DNA of 33,581 bases from positions 1 through 33,581 of IMG/VR virus record IMGVR_UViG_3300017766_001285; one strand, given 5' to 3'. The notes below the pieces were generated by a model. It worked only from the letters and a program-made list of their open reading frames with translations. It did not search any database and was not told where the DNA came from. The position numbers and the translations under genes were made by a program. Shown here piece after piece: positions 15,557 through 25,086 of this stretch (position 1 is the first letter of the stretch; each line of letters begins with the position of its first letter). The stretch comes from a virus (taxonomy: Duplodnaviria > Caudoviricetes).

Positions 15557-16223
15557 ACAATTACAAGATGAATTGCTATCTAGTGGGCTATTAGATAGGT
15601 TAGCTTCTAGTAGAACGAATTTTGCTGAATTGAATCAATTACCAATTCTTGAACAATATATTATTCTTTCTGCCTCTAACTTTATTTTAAAGGTAAAAGA
15701 GAATATCGAAGTTTTAGGAATTTCTGATACCGGTGCTTTAAGCGATGATATTAGTTCTGGAGAACTCGTAAAAGAATCAAATGGCTATTCAATTGAAGTA
15801 GGATATCCAAGTGGTTCAAAAGCTGCAAAATATTATGACTTTGTAAACAAAGGAGTTAAGGGTGTTAAAAGTGGAACACCAAATTCTCCTTATGCATTTA
15901 AGAATATTGGAGTAGGTAGGGCGATGTTACAAAATATTAAATCGTGGGTAGATAGAAACGGAATACGAACAAACGAAGTAGCAATAACGAGGAGACAAGC
16001 AAGAAGGCAATCGCTATCTAATATGTCTAACGAAAGCACAAGAAGGAAAAGTTTAGCTTATGCGGTAGCGGTAGGTATTAAGAAAAAAGGATTAAGAAAA
16101 ACAGGATTCTTTGATAATGCAATAGATTCTTATTTCGGTAATGACTTCACTTCTGGTATAGCAAAAGTAATAGGACAAGATATAAAAGTAATAATTCGAC
16201 AAAATGGCAATAACAATCAATAG
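15540..16223 (+). CDS. Putative tail-completion/neck protein (HK97 gp10-like)
   Basis: DTGALSDDI, YYDFVNKGVKG, IKKKGL...FF pattern. Confidence 0.5.
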   Translation: MPKSIKQLQDELLSSGLLDRLASSRTNFAELNQLPILEQYIILSASNFILKVKENIEVLGISDTGALSDDISSGELVKESNGYSIEVGYPSGSKAAKYYDFVNKGVKGVKSGTPNSPYAFKNIGVGRAMLQNIKSWVDRNGIRTNEVAITRRQARRQSLSNMSNESTRRKSLAYAVAVGIKKKGLRKTGFFDNAIDSYFGNDFTSGIAKVIGQDIKVIIRQNGNNNQ

Positions 16224-17406
16224 TTCCCCAGATATTTATTCAAGCATTCACGCTCCATTGTGGTTCGTGTTGAGTTCTACGAATACCGCACAAACAAACT
16301 TTAAATATGTTTGCGATGTTTATGTAAGCGGTAACTTAGTAGCAAGGTTAAAGAGTTTCCCTCAACCTGTATCCTCTAAAGGTATTTTCAATGTTGCTCC
16401 GATAGTTCGTAACTATTGGGCATCGTATTTTAAACCCAATGTTGTAACACCCTCTGCTTTCTCGTATACCGGCTCGGATATTTATGTAGATTACGAATTA
16501 AAGTTTGGCGAAGAGTATGAAGGAACGACATATTTAGATTTAACAACAACAAGTAAGTTCGGTTATAATTACATTCAAGATTATCTTTATACTCCAACAA
16601 GTCCGATGTATCTTACTCCGTTAGAGTACGAAACACAATACCAAGGTAATTTTATTTCAAATAGAGATTACGCAAATATCTACTTTAACAAAGAGAGATT
16701 ACAAACCGGTTATTTATTCCTTTCGTTTTTATCGGATGCAGAGAATACACCTAAAAACCATTCTCTTGATATATCGGTTTACAACGGAAGTACAACAACA
16801 AACTACACAGGAGCAAATGTAAACTTTAGGGACTTTGCTTTATTAGATATTTCTCCAAGAGCAATAAATTCTTATCTAGCTACAACTGCAATATCTTCTA
16901 CTACTGTTTACTATGATGTTAAAATAAAGATTGCGGGTAATCTAAGAAACACCGCAAGGGTATATTTGAATTGTACGCAAAACGATGTAGTTACTTTACA
17001 TTACTTAAATGCTCTCGGTGGTTACGATACAATGGATTTTACCGCAGTAAACAGACAAACGAGAAACATAGAAAAGAGTTCATTCGAAGGTATTGAATGG
17101 GAATATTCAAGTAATGCAATGAACCGAGCAAATTCTTATGGTGTTTTGTATGGCGGTAGTAATCAATTTGCAACAAGACAAAAACTAACTTATAGATTGA
17201 TTTCTGATTGGTTAAGTTATATTGATTATTTAGCAATTAAAGAACTAATTGGTTCTGCGGAAATATATTTAGAAAGGGGGAATAACTTCATTCCAGTTCA
17301 AGTTGGTACAAATACTTGGACAGAGAAGAAGCGTTACGCAGATAAGACCTATAATTTAGAACTAGATATCTCAATAGCGAATAATATAAACTCTCAATTC
17401 AGATGA
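16204..17406 (+). CDS. Virion structural protein (tail tip/distal tail candidate)
   Basis: Beta-rich 400 aa, YLNALGGYD motif; structural context. Confidence 0.5.
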   Translation: MAITINSSPDIYSSIHAPLWFVLSSTNTAQTNFKYVCDVYVSGNLVARLKSFPQPVSSKGIFNVAPIVRNYWASYFKPNVVTPSAFSYTGSDIYVDYELKFGEEYEGTTYLDLTTTSKFGYNYIQDYLYTPTSPMYLTPLEYETQYQGNFISNRDYANIYFNKERLQTGYLFLSFLSDAENTPKNHSLDISVYNGSTTTNYTGANVNFRDFALLDISPRAINSYLATTAISSTTVYYDVKIKIAGNLRNTARVYLNCTQNDVVTLHYLNALGGYDTMDFTAVNRQTRNIEKSSFEGIEWEYSSNAMNRANSYGVLYGGSNQFATRQKLTYRLISDWLSYIDYLAIKELIGSAEIYLERGNNFIPVQVGTNTWTEKKRYADKTYNLELDISIANNINSQFR

Positions 17407-19580
17407 TAACTGAAATCTATATTGAAGATAATAGGTTAGATTTAAGCAAAGATTTGTCATCGGAGTTCACGTATGCAATTGATGATATACAAGATTTTGC
17501 TTCACGAAATACTAACTTTTCAAAAACAATAATCCTACCTGGTAATGCAGTCAACAACAAATTATTCGGTCACATATTTGAGTTCACATCAAGCAACTTC
17601 TATAACCCTTCAGCCGATAACGTGGGTTACAACTTTAACGCATCCAAAGCAGCAAGTTGTGTTATATATGTAGACAAGATTCAAGTATTCAAAGGTATCA
17701 TTCGCCTTTTAGAAATAACTATTGATAGGGGGAGCATAGAATACGAATGTGTTGTATTTGGAGAGTTAGGCGGGTTTATTACGGCTTTAAATAATGACAA
17801 GCTAGAGGATTTAGATTTCTCGGCTTATGACCACGTTTGGAACTATACAAACATTTTAAACTCTTGGCAACAAGCATCGGGAACTACGGCTTCGGGAATG
17901 GGTTATTACTATCCGTTGATTGATTACGGACAAGTACACACAAACAAAAAACACTGGTCATACAAAGCCTTTAGACCGGCTTTATTTGTTAGGGAGTATT
18001 TAGATAAGATTATCACCGGAAGTGGTTATACTTACGAAGCACCTTTCTTTGATACGAACTTATTTAAGAGATTAGTAATCCCTAATAACCAAAAGTTTTT
18101 AAGTAATTACACAAATAATCAATTTACTGGAAATATTGATTCAATAACTATCAATAGTGTAATATCAAGTACCGCAAGTGCAGAATATCCAAATCCTTCT
18201 GTAATTATTGGATATGAATTTGGAGTTGGTGGCTATGATACTTTGTATTGGTTGGGAAGTAATTTTACCCCTAAGTTAACGATATATACATCGGGTAGTT
18301 TAGAAATTCCACAAGGTGGAACTGGCTCATTAAGAATAAATATATTTAAAAATGGCTCTATTGTAAATACACAAACAGTAGTTGTTGGAGACCCTTCCGG
18401 TAGAATTGATTTTAATACAACATTAACTTATGATATTGCTTTAAATACCAATGATTATTTTTCTATACAATATGAACTATTTAACTTATCTGGTGCTTCT
18501 ACTTGTTATATTTATCCAGATAGTTATTTGACTTCTACAACTATTGTAGCTACTGCATCTCCGTTAGCTTATGGAAATTTAATATTTGTCAATAGTAGTA
18601 TTCCAAGAGGTATATATCAAAAGGATTTCCTTGCTTCTATTGTTAAGATGTTCAATCTTTATATCATAGAAGATACAATGAAGGATAAACATTTAAAGAT
18701 TATTCCTTACATAGATTTCTATACCACAACGGCTAACTTCTTGCAAGTAAATGATGTTGAAGGAAACCTTTTAGTTGATAATATAGATTTACTATTATTG
18801 GATGACTATTCTGCTAACCATTTAGATTGGTCAAATAAGGTTGATAGAAGCAAAGCATTCAAGATTAAACCAATGAGTGAACTCAATGGAAGGTTCTTTG
18901 AATTTAAGTATAAACCGGATGTTGATAATTACAATGAAGAATATCAAAAACATTATGCACAAGGTTATGGTGACCATATTGAGGACACCGGTTACGAATT
19001 TGCAAATGATATTCAAACATCTCAAGTAATATTTTCGGCTACTCCTTTATTGAGTTATGCAAACGATGATAAAGTTTACCCTACTATCTTTAAATTATCT
19101 AATACTTCATCTGCAAGTCCTTCCGAAGACCAAATAGACCATAATATTCGAATAATGCAAGTGCGTAAGATTACTGGGGTTTCTAATTGGGATTTAAAAG
19201 GCGATACTGGTAACCTTGTTAATAACTTAACGTATTACGGATATGGTGGGCATTTAGATGACCCCGATGTGCCAACGGCTGATATTAACTTCGGTGTGCC
19301 AAAAGAACTTTACTTTTCTTTGAGTGTTAGTTATCCTTCGGCTAATTTATTTAATGGATTCTGGAGTGATTACGTTGCGGAGATTACGGACAAGGATTCT
19401 AAACTTTTAACTTGCAATGTCTATTTAAAGTTAACCGATATCTATGGTTTAGATTTCTCAAAGCTAATTTATATTGATGGTGCTTTGTGGAGATTAAATA
19501 AAGTTATTGACTACAACCCTACGAACCCCGAAAGTACTAAATGTGAGTTTTTACGAGTAATTGAATTAACATACGAATAA
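17403..19580 (+). CDS. Virion structural protein (baseplate hub/tail tip candidate)
   Basis: 725 aa; N-terminal LDL...FSKTIILPG pattern; adjacent to the tape-measure-like gene. Confidence 0.55.
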   Translation: MITEIYIEDNRLDLSKDLSSEFTYAIDDIQDFASRNTNFSKTIILPGNAVNNKLFGHIFEFTSSNFYNPSADNVGYNFNASKAASCVIYVDKIQVFKGIIRLLEITIDRGSIEYECVVFGELGGFITALNNDKLEDLDFSAYDHVWNYTNILNSWQQASGTTASGMGYYYPLIDYGQVHTNKKHWSYKAFRPALFVREYLDKIITGSGYTYEAPFFDTNLFKRLVIPNNQKFLSNYTNNQFTGNIDSITINSVISSTASAEYPNPSVIIGYEFGVGGYDTLYWLGSNFTPKLTIYTSGSLEIPQGGTGSLRINIFKNGSIVNTQTVVVGDPSGRIDFNTTLTYDIALNTNDYFSIQYELFNLSGASTCYIYPDSYLTSTTIVATASPLAYGNLIFVNSSIPRGIYQKDFLASIVKMFNLYIIEDTMKDKHLKIIPYIDFYTTTANFLQVNDVEGNLLVDNIDLLLLDDYSANHLDWSNKVDRSKAFKIKPMSELNGRFFEFKYKPDVDNYNEEYQKHYAQGYGDHIEDTGYEFANDIQTSQVIFSATPLLSYANDDKVYPTIFKLSNTSSASPSEDQIDHNIRIMQVRKITGVSNWDLKGDTGNLVNNLTYYGYGGHLDDPDVPTADINFGVPKELYFSLSVSYPSANLFNGFWSDYVAEITDKDSKLLTCNVYLKLTDIYGLDFSKLIYIDGALWRLNKVIDYNPTNPESTKCEFLRVIELTYE

Positions 19581-21481
19581 TGGCAAACGAAATAGTAGGT
19601 TTAAAAATACAAGTTGATGGTAGTGAAGCTACCAGGTCAGTCGGTTCTTTAAAACAACAATTAAGAGAAGCACAAGCCGATGTAACAAAACTATCTGAAA
19701 AATTTGGTGCTACTTCTCAAGAAGCAGTAAACGCTGCAAAGAAGGCTGCGGATTTGAGAGATAGAATCGGTGATGCTAAAAGTTTAACAGATGCTTTTAA
19801 CCCAGATGCTAAATTCCGAGCATTTACTTCTACATTAAGCGGTGTTGCTGGTGGTTTTGCTGCCGTACAAGGTGCTTTAGGTTTAGTTGGAGTTGAAAGT
19901 GATAAAGTAGAAAAAACACTTTTAAAAGTTCAAAGTGCAATGGCGGTTTCTCAAGGTTTGCAAACTTTGGGAGAAAGTATTGATTCCTTTAAACAACTAA
20001 GTGCGGTTATTCAAAGTACAACGATATTTCAGAAGGCTTATAACATTGCTACGATAGCAGCAGGAGCAATTCAAAGGGCATTCGGTGTTGCAGTTGCTCA
20101 AACTTCATTAGCATTTAGAGCCTTGCGTGGTGCTATCCTTGCCACAGGAATAGGTGTTTTAGTTATTGGAATTGGTGTTTTAGTTGATAAGATTATAGAT
20201 TGGACAAATAGAACTTCTGATGCCGAGAAGGCTCAAGAGAAACTTGCCTTATCTACAAAAAAAATGAACGGAGAAATTGATAATCAAATTTCCGTTCTTA
20301 CTGCGTTAGGTGGAAAAGAAGAAGAGATTTATAGATTAAGATTACAACGTACAGATAATGAACTAAATGTTCTTCGTAATAAGTTGAAAACAACTGGTAA
20401 ACTTAACGAAGAAGAGATGGCTGAATTTAGGAAATTAAAAACCGATAAAGAGGTTTTAGATATCCAAGAAGCAAACAGAATTAATAAACAACAAGAAGAA
20501 GAAACTAAAAAAAGACAAGAAGAAAACTCAAAAGTTGTAGAAGATAGAAAAGCAAGAAATGAAGAAATAAAACAAGCAGATGCTGACCTACAACAAAGGA
20601 CACAACAATTAAGTGATGAAATCTTTTTATCTGAAATAGAAGATGAAAAGGTTAAAGAAGAGATACGCATTGCAACACAATTTGAAAGAGACAAAGCGGA
20701 GATTGAAAAAAGTGTAGCAAGTGAAGAAGCTAAACAACAAGCATTACAAGTACTAAGGCAGAAATATGATAATGAAAGGAAAGTAATAGCTGACCAACGT
20801 AGTGCTGAAGAGGTTGATGCTTTAACAAATAAACTTTTTGCAGAGGTTCAAACAGAGCAAGAGGCAAGTGATTTAAAGATTCAAAATTCATTTGATGAAC
20901 TTGATGCAATTACAAACAACTTACTTGCAGAAGTAGATGCAGAAGAAAAAGCAAGTCAAGCAAAAAAAGAAATAGCTTTAGCAGAAGCTGAACTTAAAAA
21001 ACAACAATTAAAAGAAGTAGGAAGTGCAATTCAAAATTTAACTGCTATTGTTGGAGAGGACACACTTGCAGGAAAGGCTTTAGGTGTTGCTACTGCTTTA
21101 ATTAATACTTATCAAGGTGCTTCCGAAGCGTTAAAACAAAAATCTACTTTACCATCTCCGTTTGATGTTATTGCAAAGGTGGCTAACGTTGCAGCTATTG
21201 TTGCTACCGGTATAAAGACAGTGAGAGCAATTACTGCGGTAAAAGTTCCACCTGTTAAGGGTACAAAAGGCGGTTCGGGAAGTACACCATCAGTATCTTC
21301 AATATCTGGTTCTGCTCCTATTACACCTTCTGCGCCATTGGTTAATACTCGTACTCAATTAGATTCTACTTCTATTCAGCAATTAGGTTCGGCAACAAAT
21401 CGTTCCTATGTGCTTGAAAGTGATGTTACTAACTCACAAGAAAGAATTCGAAGAATCAATAGGGCTGCAAGATTAAGTTAA
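19580..21481 (+). CDS. Tape-measure-like protein
   Basis: Ala-rich helical and coiled-coil segments with a hydrophobic ATGIGVLVIGIGVLV stretch. Confidence 0.7.
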   Translation: MANEIVGLKIQVDGSEATRSVGSLKQQLREAQADVTKLSEKFGATSQEAVNAAKKAADLRDRIGDAKSLTDAFNPDAKFRAFTSTLSGVAGGFAAVQGALGLVGVESDKVEKTLLKVQSAMAVSQGLQTLGESIDSFKQLSAVIQSTTIFQKAYNIATIAAGAIQRAFGVAVAQTSLAFRALRGAILATGIGVLVIGIGVLVDKIIDWTNRTSDAEKAQEKLALSTKKMNGEIDNQISVLTALGGKEEEIYRLRLQRTDNELNVLRNKLKTTGKLNEEEMAEFRKLKTDKEVLDIQEANRINKQQEEETKKRQEENSKVVEDRKARNEEIKQADADLQQRTQQLSDEIFLSEIEDEKVKEEIRIATQFERDKAEIEKSVASEEAKQQALQVLRQKYDNERKVIADQRSAEEVDALTNKLFAEVQTEQEASDLKIQNSFDELDAITNNLLAEVDAEEKASQAKKEIALAEAELKKQQLKEVGSAIQNLTAIVGEDTLAGKALGVATALINTYQGASEALKQKSTLPSPFDVIAKVANVAAIVATGIKTVRAITAVKVPPVKGTKGGSGSTPSVSSISGSAPITPSAPLVNTRTQLDSTSIQQLGSATNRSYVLESDVTNSQERIRRINRAARLS

Positions 21482-21483
21482 AA

Positions 21484-21491
21484 TCTATTTA
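21484..21491 (+). promoter_or_regulatory. Putative late promoter TCTATTTA
   Basis: 5 nt before ATG 21497. Confidence 0.65.
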
Positions 21492-21496
21492 TAGTT

Positions 21497-22381
21497 ATGG
21501 AAAAACAATTACCAATATACCGATTAGATATAGTAGAGGATTTAGATTCGAATGTCGAAGTTGATTTTGTAGCCTTAGTTGATAGACCTGCAATTGAGAA
21601 ATCATTTTTAGCCTTCCAAGATTCGTATTCTGATTATCCGGATTCCGTTAAAAACAACGCTAAAAGAGTTTTGGATTGGACAGAGGAAAACGGATGGGGG
21701 GATTGCGGAACACCGGTAGGTAAGCAAAGAGCAAATCAGTTAGCCAACGGAGAGCCTATATCGTTTGAGACAATTAAAAGAATGTACTCTTATCTTTCAA
21801 GGCATTTAGTAGATTTAGAAAACTCTAAAGGCTATGAAGATGGTTGTGGCAAGTTGATGTACGATGCGTGGGGTGGAAAGACCGCTTTAGGTTGGGCAGA
21901 GGCTAAGATTAATTCAATTGAGAAAAAGAAGTTTGCCATTCAAGATGAAGAGGAAAGGATTGTTTCTGGTCCTTTGATGTTAGCTGATACTCCTATTTAT
22001 CGTAATGATTCCAATGGCGAATATTATGTTGTATTTACTAAAGACACTATTAAAAAGATTGCTCAAAAATATTTCAAGAAAGGTTACCAAAATAACGTAA
22101 ATTTGATGCACGATTCCGGTCAAGTGATGGATGGGGTAACAATGTTCGAGAGTTGGATAGTAGATGAAAAGAGGGGTATTCATCCGATGAAAGGTTTTGA
22201 AGATGTTAAGGATGGCTCTTGGTTTGGTTCTTTTAAGGTGGAGAATGATGAGGTTTGGGAAATGATTAAGGATGGCAAAGTACAAGGGTTTTCTGTTGAA
22301 GGGATATTTAATTACAAAACCGATACCAAAGAAGAAAAGATGATGCAAGACATTATCAATATTCTAAAAGAGGTTTCATAG
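21497..22381 (+). CDS. XkdF-like (Peptidase_S78_2-type) prohead protease with an inserted domain
   Basis: DEEERIVSGPLM, NLMH, ESWI, GSW, IKDGKVQGFSVEG. Confidence 0.8.
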   Translation: MEKQLPIYRLDIVEDLDSNVEVDFVALVDRPAIEKSFLAFQDSYSDYPDSVKNNAKRVLDWTEENGWGDCGTPVGKQRANQLANGEPISFETIKRMYSYLSRHLVDLENSKGYEDGCGKLMYDAWGGKTALGWAEAKINSIEKKKFAIQDEEERIVSGPLMLADTPIYRNDSNGEYYVVFTKDTIKKIAQKYFKKGYQNNVNLMHDSGQVMDGVTMFESWIVDEKRGIHPMKGFEDVKDGSWFGSFKVENDEVWEMIKDGKVQGFSVEGIFNYKTDTKEEKMMQDIINILKEVS

Positions 22382-22403
22382 TTAGTTTTCATAGTTTTGT
22401 TTG

Positions 22404-22436
22404 AAGGGGGGTGTTTCTACGCTCCCCTTTTTTTTC
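22404..22436 (+). terminator. Rho-independent terminator
   Basis: AAGGGGGGTGT-TTCT-ACGCTCCCCTT followed by a T run. Confidence 0.8.
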
Positions 22437-22458
22437 TAACGCTCCCATTTTTTTTCTA
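22419..22458 (+). repeat. 20-bp tandem duplication (1 mismatch)
   Basis: acgctccccttttttttcta / acgctcccattttttttcta. Confidence 0.85.
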
Positions 22459-22481
22459 TTTGGTCACTTACATAAGTGTTT

Positions 22482-22489
22482 ACTATTTA
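22482..22489 (+). promoter_or_regulatory. Putative late promoter ACTATTTA
   Basis: Between the terminator and the scaffold ATG 22504. Confidence 0.55.
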
Positions 22490-22503
22490 TGGGTAAATTC
22501 TTT

Positions 22504-23073
22504 ATGTCTCCACAAGAAGCATTATTAAAAATCAAGGCAATGTTCGCTGAAGCACAAGCTGCTCCAGAAGTTGCCGTAGCCAATTTCGCTGAATATGTTT
22601 TAGCGAGTGGTGTAAAAGTTATGGTTGATAAACTTGAGGTTGGCGGTAAGGTTACTCTTTTAGATGAGGCTGGGAACGAAGTTCCTGCTCCTGTTGGAGA
22701 GCATACTCTTGCTGATGGTTCTGTTATCGTTTTAGATGAAACAGGCACAATCCTTGAGATTAAAGTACCAGAAGTTGAAGTTGAAATCGAAGCACCCGAA
22801 TCAGAAGTTGAATTAATGAAGAAGAAGGTCGCTGAAATGGAAGCACAAATCGAAGAGTTGAAGAGTTACAAGAAAGAGGCTGAAGTTAAAATGAGCGAGA
22901 ACATTGCTCAAATGAACGATAAGTTCTCTAAGGCTATCTCTGAACTTACTGATGTAGTTATCGAACTTACTAAAACTCCTTCAGTTGCTCCTACTCAACC
23001 TAAGCAATTCACAAAGCATTTCGAATCTAAAAACGATAAAATCTCTCGTTTTCTTTCTAATTACGCAAAATAA
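22504..23073 (+). CDS. Putative capsid scaffolding protein; likely start 22504
   Basis: Acidic, PAPVGEHTLADG motif, coiled coil; between protease and capsid. Confidence 0.65.
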   Translation: MSPQEALLKIKAMFAEAQAAPEVAVANFAEYVLASGVKVMVDKLEVGGKVTLLDEAGNEVPAPVGEHTLADGSVIVLDETGTILEIKVPEVEVEIEAPESEVELMKKKVAEMEAQIEELKSYKKEAEVKMSENIAQMNDKFSKAISELTDVVIELTKTPSVAPTQPKQFTKHFESKNDKISRFLSNYAK

Positions 23074-23101
23074 ATTTTTAAAAACTTAAAATTTAATAAC
23101 A

Positions 23102-24043
23102 ATGGCTTTTGATGTTTCAGCATTAGCAAATTATACCAAAGAGAATGAAGCTCTATTGGTAACTTCTTCCGTACTCGGAAGTAAAACCGCTTCTTTGATT
23201 AAGAGTCAAGGAAACGTAATGGTAGGTGTAAAATCTGCCGAGACAATCAACATTATGGATACTGACGCTATCTTCCAAGCGGGTGGCTCTTGCGGATTCA
23301 ACGCAAGTGGTTCAACTACTTTCACGCAGCGTACTGTAACTGTTGGTAAAATTAAAGTAAACGAATCTCTTTGTCCTAAAGACCTAGAAGCAAAATATTT
23401 GCAGAAGGCTTTACCAGAGGGAAGCCGTTACGATTCAATCGCTTTCGCTTCTGATTACACAGACAAGAAAGCTGCTCGTATCGCTGCACAACTTGAAACT
23501 GCTATCTGGCAAGGTTCAACTGGAAGTGCTAACGTAAACTTGAATAAGTTCCAAGGTTTAGTAACTTTGGTTGGTAGTTCTGCCGTAGAAGCTAACAACG
23601 CAACTTATTATGGTGGTACTGCAACTGCAATCACAACTGCTAACGTAGTAGCGATTTTTGATGCTCTTTACAAAGCAATCCCTGCAACTGTTGTTGCAAA
23701 AGATGATATGACTATCTGGTGCGGTCAAGATGTATTCCGTACTTACACAATTGCATTGAAGAACGCTAATATGTTCAACTATGCTTTCGATGGTAAGGCT
23801 GATAGCGAGTTCTTCTTACCCGGTACTCCAATCAAAGTTGTAGCTACTCCAGGTTTGAATGGTGTAAATAAGATTTATGCTATCCGTTTGAGCAATATGT
23901 TCCTCGGTACAGACCTTCTGAATGAGGAAGAGCGTTTCGAACTTTTCTATGCCAAAGAGGCTGACCAAGTTCGTTTCGTGAGCGAGTTCAAGATGGGTGT
24001 GAATGTAGCCTTCTTGGATGAGATTGCTTCTTTCATAATCTAA
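23102..24043 (+). CDS. Major capsid protein
   Basis: 313 aa after protease and scaffold; IAAQLETAIWQGS backbone-helix pattern; strong codon bias. Confidence 0.8.
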   Translation: MAFDVSALANYTKENEALLVTSSVLGSKTASLIKSQGNVMVGVKSAETINIMDTDAIFQAGGSCGFNASGSTTFTQRTVTVGKIKVNESLCPKDLEAKYLQKALPEGSRYDSIAFASDYTDKKAARIAAQLETAIWQGSTGSANVNLNKFQGLVTLVGSSAVEANNATYYGGTATAITTANVVAIFDALYKAIPATVVAKDDMTIWCGQDVFRTYTIALKNANMFNYAFDGKADSEFFLPGTPIKVVATPGLNGVNKIYAIRLSNMFLGTDLLNEEERFELFYAKEADQVRFVSEFKMGVNVAFLDEIASFII

Positions 24044-24049
24044 TTAAAA

Positions 24050-24076
24050 GGTGGGTAGCTTTAAGGGTTACCCACC
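24050..24076 (+). other. Strong hairpin without U-tract (mRNA stabiliser or attenuator)
   Basis: GGTGGGTAGCT...GGTTACCCACC between the capsid and tube genes. Confidence 0.65.
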
Positions 24077-24099
24077 ATTAACTTTTAAAACTTAATAAA

Positions 24100-24612
24100 A
24101 TGCCTTGTGCTTTAACTCAAGGGTACACACTCGATTGCAAAGATAGTTTAGGCGGTATCAAAGCTGTGTGGTTAATCAACCACGCAAACGTAACTGCGGT
24201 TACAGAGGCTTCTGGTATTGTTTCTGCTATTACTAAAGCAGCGAATAAAGTATTCTACAAATATGAGTTAGTTAAGAATACAGGTTCTTTGACTGAAACT
24301 GTTACCGCTTCTGTAGAGAACGGAACTGTGTTTTATGCTCAAGAACTTTCTGTTGTTCTAAACAAACTCCAAGCAAATACTCGCAATGAGATATTGCTTC
24401 TCGCTCAAGCTACTCTGATGGCAGTAGTACAAGATGCTAACGATAAATATTGGTTGTTAGGTCGTGTTTCTGGATTAGATGTAACTGGTGGAACTGCTGC
24501 TAGTGGAACTGCTCAAGGAGACCGTAATGGATACACACTAACTTTCACTGGTGGCGAAAAACAACTTGCTCCAGAGGTTGCAAGTGGTATTATCGCAGGT
24601 CTTACCGCATAA
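24100..24612 (+). CDS. Putative major tail (tube) protein
   Basis: 170 aa, beta-rich, capsid-like codon bias, followed by a terminator. Confidence 0.6.
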   Translation: MPCALTQGYTLDCKDSLGGIKAVWLINHANVTAVTEASGIVSAITKAANKVFYKYELVKNTGSLTETVTASVENGTVFYAQELSVVLNKLQANTRNEILLLAQATLMAVVQDANDKYWLLGRVSGLDVTGGTAASGTAQGDRNGYTLTFTGGEKQLAPEVASGIIAGLTA

Positions 24613-24644
24613 GGCTTTCGTGGTTCGTTATAGGTAGGTAGATT

Positions 24645-24674
24645 AGCCATCCCTTTGGGGGTGGCTTTTTCTTT
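24645..24674 (+). terminator. Rho-independent terminator
   Basis: AGCCATCCC-TTTG-GGGGTGGCT followed by TTTTCTTT. Confidence 0.85.
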
Positions 24675-24695
24675 ATTGTAAAAATCCAACATTTA

Positions 24696-24703
24696 TCTAT
24701 TTA
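24696..24703 (+). promoter_or_regulatory. Putative late promoter TCTATTTA
   Basis: Just after the terminator, 5 nt before ATG 24709. Confidence 0.7.
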
Positions 24704-24708
24704 GTAGT

Positions 24709-25086
24709 ATGATATATTTAACAAAGGGTTCGACAAGTCAGATTATCCTTACTTTAAAGGAGAAGCAGACTTTATCAGCACCTAATTATTTATTCGTTTT
24801 TACGCATAGGGGAAGCAATATAGAGGTCAAATTTGTGATTCTAAATGCAGCCGATACTTCTAGTTTTAAGGATAGATTTAATCAATTTTCCATAGTTACA
24901 AATACTTATTTCGGAACGCAAGATTCTGGAGAGTGGGAATATCAAATCTACGAGCAAACTTCTACAACGAATACCAACCCTGCCAATGCTACCGGATTAG
25001 TAGAAACTGGTATAATGAGGCTTAATGAATCTACTTCTTTTACATATACGAAACACCAACCAAATAACACATTTATAGTACGATGA
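24709..25086 (+). CDS. Hypothetical virion protein
   Basis: Beta-rich ORF coupled to the portal gene. Confidence 0.55.
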   Translation: MIYLTKGSTSQIILTLKEKQTLSAPNYLFVFTHRGSNIEVKFVILNAADTSSFKDRFNQFSIVTNTYFGTQDSGEWEYQIYEQTSTTNTNPANATGLVETGIMRLNESTSFTYTKHQPNNTFIVR

